Assembly: GCA_023146135.1 (NCBI GenBank)
Contig: JAGLCR010000010.1
Location: 4,139 to 68,138, forward strand
Reading direction: 5' to 3'
Length of the DNA stretch: 64,000 nt
Origin: Bacteroidales bacterium
GTDB taxonomy: Bacteria; Bacteroidota; Bacteroidia; Bacteroidales; UBA1556
Under the pieces are notes generated by a model. That model saw nothing but the letters and a program-made list of their open reading frames with translations. It was not told the DNA's origin and made no database searches. This document shows, piece by piece, positions 57,932 through 64,000 of the stretch. Every line of letters begins with the position of its first letter. The first letter of the stretch is position 1. Both the position numbers and the translations under genes were made by a program.

Positions 57932-58954
57932 TTAAAAAATAGGACAAGGCATGGAGGTTGTTTTACGTACTTTATGTTTGTCAATGCTAAATATAATCGA
58001 TATTTCGTAGCCGCCTAAGTAATTACTGGCAGAGCGCAGGCCTGAAAGGTTGAAGTCATAGCTTCCCATGATTTTAAACTTTTTATAGTCAAGCCCAAAT
58101 TGTAAGATTAGCGCATCTGCATTACGACCAAATAAGCCAAAATTAATTGCGGTGAAATTATGACTATTGGGATGTACAATATATTTATATCGTAATCCTA
58201 ATGTTAATTCACTAAATGGTCCTTGTTGAGCAAAGTAGATGCTTGGAAAAAGGGCATTATTGCCATCTAAGTCGATTTGCACCTCAGAATAAGCTAAAAT
58301 TTTGATTGCAAGATTCACTTTCGTGTCATTCATTAAGCTTTGTGCGGGTTGATTAATATGCCATACGGATACTCCTGTATTGAAGTTCAAATTACTGTTT
58401 GCAATAGAAAACCAATGAACTCCTGCAGAAATATCGAAGTAAGTAAAATTGGATTGCGAAAAGTACTCGCCGTTTTGAATATTAGGGTCGTGGGCATTTC
58501 CATTCCATTGATTGGGAAAGTATAAGTGCGTATAATCAATTGACCGTTGAGAGAAAAATAGTTGAGCGCCAAATGATAATAGGTTTCTATTTCGTCTATT
58601 AAGTGCTTTTATATAGGAAAATGAAATAGCACCCTGAGTGGTTCCAAAATGAGAGTCACCAGCTTCGTCATTATTGAAAACCAGTCCCAAACCAAAAATA
58701 TCCCTTTGTCGCTTACGTTTCCATAATTGCATATCTACAGCCGCTGAGTAGGTTTTATAGGGTACTGTTACTGACGCCCATTGGCTCCGGTGATTGAGTA
58801 TGAATCGATATTTGGCATCGCTAAATCCACTAAGGGCAGGGTTGAGGTTCAATGGTGAGTTTAAGTATTGAGAAAAGTGTATATCTTGAGCATAGCTGTT
58901 TACTCCAATAACCCAAGAGGCTAGTAATATCAGTATGCCAAGTCCTTTTCTCAT
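57932..58954 (-). CDS. PorP/SprF-family T9SS membrane protein
   Basis: 340 aa; QDIHFSQYLNSPLNLNPALSG N-terminal signature and beta-barrel character. Confidence 0.85.
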   Translation of the reverse strand: MRKGLGILILLASWVIGVNSYAQDIHFSQYLNSPLNLNPALSGFSDAKYRFILNHRSQWASVTVPYKTYSAAVDMQLWKRKRQRDIFGLGLVFNNDEAGDSHFGTTQGAISFSYIKALNRRNRNLLSFGAQLFFSQRSIDYTHLYFPNQWNGNAHDPNIQNGEYFSQSNFTYFDISAGVHWFSIANSNLNFNTGVSVWHINQPAQSLMNDTKVNLAIKILAYSEVQIDLDGNNALFPSIYFAQQGPFSELTLGLRYKYIVHPNSHNFTAINFGLFGRNADALILQFGLDYKKFKIMGSYDFNLSGLRSASNYLGGYEISIIFSIDKHKVRKTTSMPCPIF

Positions 58955-58961
58955 CTACCCT

Positions 58962-61900
58962 TTAGCGTATCAATGTAATATTTCCTTTTTTTCTAAAAAT
59001 CTCTTTATTATAACAGGTTATAACTAAGTGATAAACAAATACTCCAGGATTGGCATTTTGTCCTCTAAAAGTACCATTCCAACCATTATCCAAGTTTGTG
59101 GTTTCAAAAACCAACTCTCCCCAGCGATCATATATTCTAAAATCTACTTCGTAAGCAACATTGCTTTTAACAAATAGCACATCGTTTTTACCATCATTAT
59201 TGGGCGTAAAGGCATTTGGTACATATATATAGGGTTCGTCACAAACTACATCTAAAACCCATATTGTAACCGAATCGCGCCAAGTACATCCCCATTGATC
59301 GTGTACTTCTACAAAATAAGTGGTCGTTTGGTCTGGAGTTGCATTACATGAGTTTGATGTAGGATTGTCGAGACCCGTATTTGGTGTCCATAGGTAACTA
59401 TAGTTGCCATTAAGAATGGAGGAGTGAATAGGAACCGTTTGACCTTGATAAATTGTATCGTCGTTCCAAGCATTAAACGTAATGTAGATAGACGAGTCAA
59501 TAAGGACTACAGTGTCTGAAAGGCTACAGTTGTTAGCGTCCTTTAGTTGAACAATAAAAGTACCGTCGCATAATTGTGTCGCAGGGTTAGTAGTTTGATT
59601 TGAGGGATCGTTCCATTGCCAAGTATATGGAGGAGTTCCTCCGGTAGGATTACACCATGCTTCTCCGATACATGCCTGTGCGCATGGAATATTCTTTTTT
59701 GCCTTCGAGCTAGTTAATAAAGGAGGGTTGATTAAGGCAACAGTGTCTTTCGTAAAACAACCGTCAGCATCGGTTACTGTTATAACGTATGTTCCACCAC
59801 CCAAGTTGTTTATTTGATTTCCATTCATGCCATTATCCCAAGAATATATATAAGGCGATAGACCTCCTGTGGCAATTACATCAATGTACCCATTAGCATC
59901 ATTATGACATAATGGGTGTTGTATATTTTGCTGTTGAATATGAATGCGTACATCTACCAATACACTATCTATATCACCACAGCCTTGCCAAAATGCACGA
60001 ATATAAAAATAGGTTGGTCCACTCACCGATACAGTTAAAGTGCTATCAGAGGTACTTGTATTAAGAGTATCGTTAAAATTACTACTGCTTGACCATTGGA
60101 ATTGCAAATTTGGTGAGTTACTTTGGGCTGTGAGTGTAATTATGCCTTGACAAAGCGAGGTGTCGTTTCCTGCGAAAACATCAATATCATATACTTTTAC
60201 AAATTGTCGTAGAGTATCGGTGCATTGACCATTAGTAATGGCCATATTATACCATGTGTCGGCAAGAGGAAAGGCTATTGGGTTTGACACTGTTGTGTCA
60301 GATAGAGCGCTAGCATTTGTCCAGTGATATAATACGGAAGGATCGTTAATGGGTAAAATGCCAATTTGGGTAAAATCAAATTTACAAATGCTTTTTGAAG
60401 GTATGGTGTCGATGGAGCCTGATAGCATTGCAATTTGCTGGACTATAGTATCAGACAAGTTACAACTTTGGTTATCATTAATAATTAATGTTACAAAATA
60501 AATTCCTGACTGAGTGTAAATATGGCTAGGTGAGTGTAGGTTAGAGCTAGTGCCATCACCAAAGTCCCATAAAAAACTTGTTGTTGCAGGGTGGGTGAGG
60601 TAGGAGGTATTGTTAAAGTCAATTGTATCTGGGGCACATCCAACCGGAGGTTGTACAAAATCGGCTACGATGGCCGGAATGTCAAAATCAAATTTGAAAA
60701 CACCATTATTACAATTACTGCTATTATTTGTATTAGAATGTGCATTAGTAGTTGTGGGAAAATCGGAATGGCCTCCGCATCCAGCACAAACAGCTTGGTA
60801 TATGCGCCCTTTATGATCAAATCGGCTAGTGCCTCCATCCACATGCTCATGAGATTGTGCTCCACCGTAAAATGTTCCATAATCTAATCCAGAAGCGTCA
60901 TCTTTCATTACCATAACATAATAGTCGGATCCATCGGTGGTGCTTTGAAAAGCATTATTACTAATGGGTAACCCGTTAGTGGTGGACCATGTTCCATTAG
61001 TAAGCCCACCCCAGGCCGAAAGGTAAATTCGGTTACATAAGTCGACCATAAATGCTGAAGGAGAAACATCTACTCCTGTTGTTCCATTTCCCCATGTGGT
61101 TGACCATAGAATGTTGCTTATTTGAGGGTCGAGTTTGGTGATAAACTGACCATCACCAGGACTATTCCATAAAGCATTATATATCAAAGTGCTGCCAGTA
61201 TCAGATGTTTGCCCAAAGACGTAGGCATTATCAAATTTATCAAGATCGATAAAGTAAGATTGATCATAAGCAGGGGTGCCAAAATAGCTATTATGAATTA
61301 GGTTTGAGCCATTGGAGTTGATTTTTGCAATAAAACCATCGGTCAATCCTCCTTGATAATTTGTGTGTAAGGCTCCAAATGTGGTGTTTAGATTGAGTGA
61401 TGATGTACCTCCAGTAATATAAATGTCTTGATTTTGGTCAACAGCAACACTATAGATGGCATCACTTGCACTTCCTCCATAATAGGAGCTCCAGATAAGG
61501 TTGGACAGGTTATTATCAAATTTGGCAACCATGCCGTCTTGACCTCCAGCATTGCTTGATTGGAAGCTTAAGAAGGTAATCGGGATGTTATTAGATATTG
61601 TACTACTTACTATAATTGGATTGTTATTTTTGTCTATTACGATTTCGCCCCGAAGTTCGTCGGCATAATTCTTCAAAAGGCTTGTTGAGGTATTAAGTCC
61701 ATCATTTCCAGTTCCTCCAAAAAAAGTGGAGGCGATAATTTGTGTACCTGTACTATTTAACCTTGTGATAAAAATATCGCTACCATTTGAAAAGTTGATT
61801 GCGGAAGTTAAAATATATCCAGTGCCACCATTAAAACTAGTGTCGTAACCAGATGGGCTAACGGGAAAGTCGCTAGAACCCGTAACACCCATAACGAAAA

Positions 61901-62939
61901 GCTCGTCATTACTATTAACAATCAGGCTGCTAGGGACTTCTGAATTACTTCCTCCCAGGTATGTGGAGTAGATTAATTGAGTACCATTAGTGTCATATTT
62001 TGAAATTACAATATCGCAACTTCCACCTGAAAAGGTAGTGTCGAGGGCGCCTGTTGTGTAAGGATAGCCATTGCCAAAGGAACTACCACCTGCAAATAAA
62101 TATCCCTGTGAGTCAAAAGTTGCTGAATAACCCCAATTATCTGAGGTGGATCCAGAATAAGAGCCGAAAATTAAAACGGGATCGATAACTAATTTCCATT
62201 CAGGATTATATCCATTGGGAAAATGAAATGTGAGTTGGTTTTCTTCTAAATGGTATTGGCAGGCAACGTCAATATGATTTCCATCATTATCAATTTGATA
62301 TGAATATGGGGCCATCTCGATAATCTTATTTACAGACGTTTTTATGATTAGTTTGCCCGATTGAATGCTTAGCTTATCCACACCTTCGTATTCCAATACT
62401 ATACTGTTTGCCAAAGCATGTGGCTCAACAATGAAGTCCCATTTTAGAAAGCCCTCTTGCTGATATAATTTCAGATCTATTCCTTGATAAAGATTTAGGT
62501 ATTTGATAGATTGATAGGTTTTTACGTTTGAGGCCCACTTGTGTTTATCATTTCCAATAATGTAATTCTCATAATAATCGTATGGCTTATGAGCTTCGGT
62601 CTTAACTTCAGAATTGGCTCCTATAAAGTGTACTTTATAGATATGATGCCGTACTTGAGAAGGGAAGGGGATACCTTTTTCCATATTGGTACCTGCTTGA
62701 CTTTTGTAATCTGCAATGGCTTTTATATCATCAGGGTTTTTTAGATCAAATGTGAGGGTGTTTCTCTCAATCCATAGGTTTCCTGTGCTAATTGGAGCCT
62801 TATATAGTACTTGCTCGGGCCATTGGTTTTTGTTTTCAATAAAAGCAGCCTTTCTAAAACTAAGGGTGTCTTTTTCTAAAGCATTGACATTTAGTGCTGT
62901 AAATAAAATTAGAATACTTATTAGTACTTGTTTTGTCAT
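58962..62939 (-). CDS. Large T9SS type-B cargo: SBBP beta-propeller repeats, PKD domain, SprB repeats, gliding-motility-type C-terminal domain
   Basis: 1325 aa. Repeated YLGGS / YFGG propeller units, a PKD signature (WDFGDGTSS) and SprB-type repeats (CHNDANGYIDVIATGGLSPYIYSW). The C-terminus (PNAFTPNNDGKNDVLFV ... YDRWGELVF) is the type-B CTD pattern. Confidence 0.85.
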   Translation of the reverse strand: MTKQVLISILILFTALNVNALEKDTLSFRKAAFIENKNQWPEQVLYKAPISTGNLWIERNTLTFDLKNPDDIKAIADYKSQAGTNMEKGIPFPSQVRHHIYKVHFIGANSEVKTEAHKPYDYYENYIIGNDKHKWASNVKTYQSIKYLNLYQGIDLKLYQQEGFLKWDFIVEPHALANSIVLEYEGVDKLSIQSGKLIIKTSVNKIIEMAPYSYQIDNDGNHIDVACQYHLEENQLTFHFPNGYNPEWKLVIDPVLIFGSYSGSTSDNWGYSATFDSQGYLFAGGSSFGNGYPYTTGALDTTFSGGSCDIVISKYDTNGTQLIYSTYLGGSNSEVPSSLIVNSNDELFVMGVTGSSDFPVSPSGYDTSFNGGTGYILTSAINFSNGSDIFITRLNSTGTQIIASTFFGGTGNDGLNTSTSLLKNYADELRGEIVIDKNNNPIIVSSTISNNIPITFLSFQSSNAGGQDGMVAKFDNNLSNLIWSSYYGGSASDAIYSVAVDQNQDIYITGGTSSLNLNTTFGALHTNYQGGLTDGFIAKINSNGSNLIHNSYFGTPAYDQSYFIDLDKFDNAYVFGQTSDTGSTLIYNALWNSPGDGQFITKLDPQISNILWSTTWGNGTTGVDVSPSAFMVDLCNRIYLSAWGGLTNGTWSTTNGLPISNNAFQSTTDGSDYYVMVMKDDASGLDYGTFYGGAQSHEHVDGGTSRFDHKGRIYQAVCAGCGGHSDFPTTTNAHSNTNNSSNCNNGVFKFDFDIPAIVADFVQPPVGCAPDTIDFNNTSYLTHPATTSFLWDFGDGTSSNLHSPSHIYTQSGIYFVTLIINDNQSCNLSDTIVQQIAMLSGSIDTIPSKSICKFDFTQIGILPINDPSVLYHWTNASALSDTTVSNPIAFPLADTWYNMAITNGQCTDTLRQFVKVYDIDVFAGNDTSLCQGIITLTAQSNSPNLQFQWSSSSNFNDTLNTSTSDSTLTVSVSGPTYFYIRAFWQGCGDIDSVLVDVRIHIQQQNIQHPLCHNDANGYIDVIATGGLSPYIYSWDNGMNGNQINNLGGGTYVITVTDADGCFTKDTVALINPPLLTSSKAKKNIPCAQACIGEAWCNPTGGTPPYTWQWNDPSNQTTNPATQLCDGTFIVQLKDANNCSLSDTVVLIDSSIYITFNAWNDDTIYQGQTVPIHSSILNGNYSYLWTPNTGLDNPTSNSCNATPDQTTTYFVEVHDQWGCTWRDSVTIWVLDVVCDEPYIYVPNAFTPNNDGKNDVLFVKSNVAYEVDFRIYDRWGELVFETTNLDNGWNGTFRGQNANPGVFVYHLVITCYNKEIFRKKGNITLIR

Positions 62940-62986
62940 TTATATGGTTTTGTATTATAAACTAAACACTTTTACTATTAGATATA

Positions 62987-62994
62987 CAAATCTA
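62987..62994 (-). promoter_or_regulatory. Candidate -7 box (TAGATTTG)
   Basis: Exact TAnnTTTG on the minus strand, 48 nt upstream of the ATG at 62939. Confidence 0.3.
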
Positions 62995-63250
62995 AGAAAA
63001 ATAATGATGCTCTTATTAGCTATCATTAAGGATGACAAAACTCGGGCTTATGTAGTTGCCTTGTAATTGTTAATATGGTAAAATAATTGTGATTTATATA
63101 GGAAAATCAGTACTGACAAAATTGCAGTGCGAGTCTTTTATATAAAAGATATTCAGTAGTATATAAACTGTAATTAAAGTTATAGTATAAGTATGAAATT
63201 TTGTAAAATAATTATTGGTTTTCATTTTACTTTATTACAAATAATAAAGT

Positions 63251-63286
63251 AAATGCCCACAAATGAATTAGCTTTTGTGGGCATTT
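63251..63286 (-). terminator. Terminator hairpin after carB
   Basis: AAATGCCCACAAA / TTTGTGGGCATTT is a perfect 13-bp stem with a 10-nt loop, 22 nt after the carB stop. The minus-strand downstream flank is T-rich. Confidence 0.6.
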
Positions 63287-63307
63287 ACAATAAAATAAAA
63301 TTTAGGT

Positions 63308-64000
63308 TTATTCTTTAATATACTCATTCCAACTTTTGATTTGGATATCCTTTTTTTCAACGGTGCAAAAGGCTGTAATATAAGCACTGGCCAATCGGGC
63401 GTTCGTAATAATTGGTATGTTCAAATCAATAGCCCTTCTACGGATGATGTAGTCGTTGTTAAGTTCAGAGCTATCAAGGTTTTTTGGGATATTAACCACG
63501 AAGTCAATCATGCTCTTTTGTAGTAAATCTAAAGAGTTTGGCTTTTTGTCTTCATCAGGCCAATGTACGCTTATGCATTCTATCCCATGACTTTCAAGAA
63601 AGGAGGCAGATCCGGGGGTGGCGTATAATTGCAGGCCTCTAGCTTTCATTAAACGACACGAATTTAGTAATTCAACTTTGGATTTAATGTCTCCTGTAGA
63701 TAAAAGTACACCTTTAGATGGTATTCTATAACCTACAGACATCATGGCCTTTAGAATTGTTTCATAATATTCATCACCTATGCATCCTACTTCTCCTGTT
63801 GATGCCATATCAACACCCAAAACAGGGTCGGCTTTAGTGAGGCGAGAAAACGAAAACTGCGAAGCTTTTACCCCAATATGTTCCACGTCAAAAATAGATT
63901 TATTGGGTTTTTCCACCTTTTCACCTAGCATAATACGGGTTGCCATTTCGATAAAGTTTTGATCTAATATTTTTGATACAAATGGAAAGCTTCTTGAAGC
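63308..64000 (-). CDS. carB: Carbamoyl-phosphate synthase large subunit, C-terminal part (partial; continues beyond the window)
   Basis: MGS-like allosteric domain. The frame stays open upstream of the track's Met to the window edge (ASRSFPFVSKILDQNFIE-MATRIMLGEK), matching the CarB FPFVSK ... region. Confidence 0.85.
   Translation of the reverse strand, partial: ASRSFPFVSKILDQNFIEMATRIMLGEKVEKPNKSIFDVEHIGVKASQFSFSRLTKADPVLGVDMASTGEVGCIGDEYYETILKAMMSVGYRIPSKGVLLSTGDIKSKVELLNSCRLMKARGLQLYATPGSASFLESHGIECISVHWPDEDKKPNSLDLLQKSMIDFVVNIPKNLDSSELNNDYIIRRRAIDLNIPIITNARLASAYITAFCTVEKKDIQIKSWNEYIKE

Overview
AT-rich chromosomal window with the hallmarks of an anaerobic Bacteroidota-type genome: T9SS type-A and type-B C-terminal sorting domains, PorP/SprF, DUF5683, TAnnTTTG -7 promoter boxes, and no Shine-Dalgarno sequences. 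I call 53 CDS (one partial at the right edge, one small ORF missing from the track), one IS transposase remnant, 7 hairpin terminators and 12 candidate -7 boxes. I saw no rRNA, tRNA or CRISPR array. Most of the window is housekeeping: the lepB-dapB-DUF5683-parB-parA block, Na/Pi transporter, ABC-F, kdsB, trmB, LemA/TPM triad, lgt, sucD, ung, prmC, pepC, ispE, lptF/G, dprA and the carB 3' end. The standout region is 20.4-32.7 kb, a same-strand cluster. It encodes a trimeric HydABC-type [FeFe]-hydrogenase, then a protein whose H-cluster domain is fused directly to a histidine-kinase transmitter. Around these sit two stand-alone receivers, a receiver-kinase hybrid, a TPR sensor kinase and a receiver-PP2C phosphatase, with no DNA-binding output. 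I read this as a candidate H2-sensing phosphorelay that has not been experimentally characterised. Other notable items are a CitD-CitE fusion plus CitF with no accessory cit genes in view, a 1182-aa acyltransferase-3/LtaS-like/C-terminal beta-domain fusion, an alkyltransferase-like (PAHRV) protein and a T9SS cargo-PorP/SprF-OmpA triad. There is also a truncated IS fragment, an unannotated small lipoprotein ORF and an orphan terminator in a 330-bp gap. All domain calls rest on motif recognition by eye from the translated ORFs. No database search, HMM or folding computation was run.
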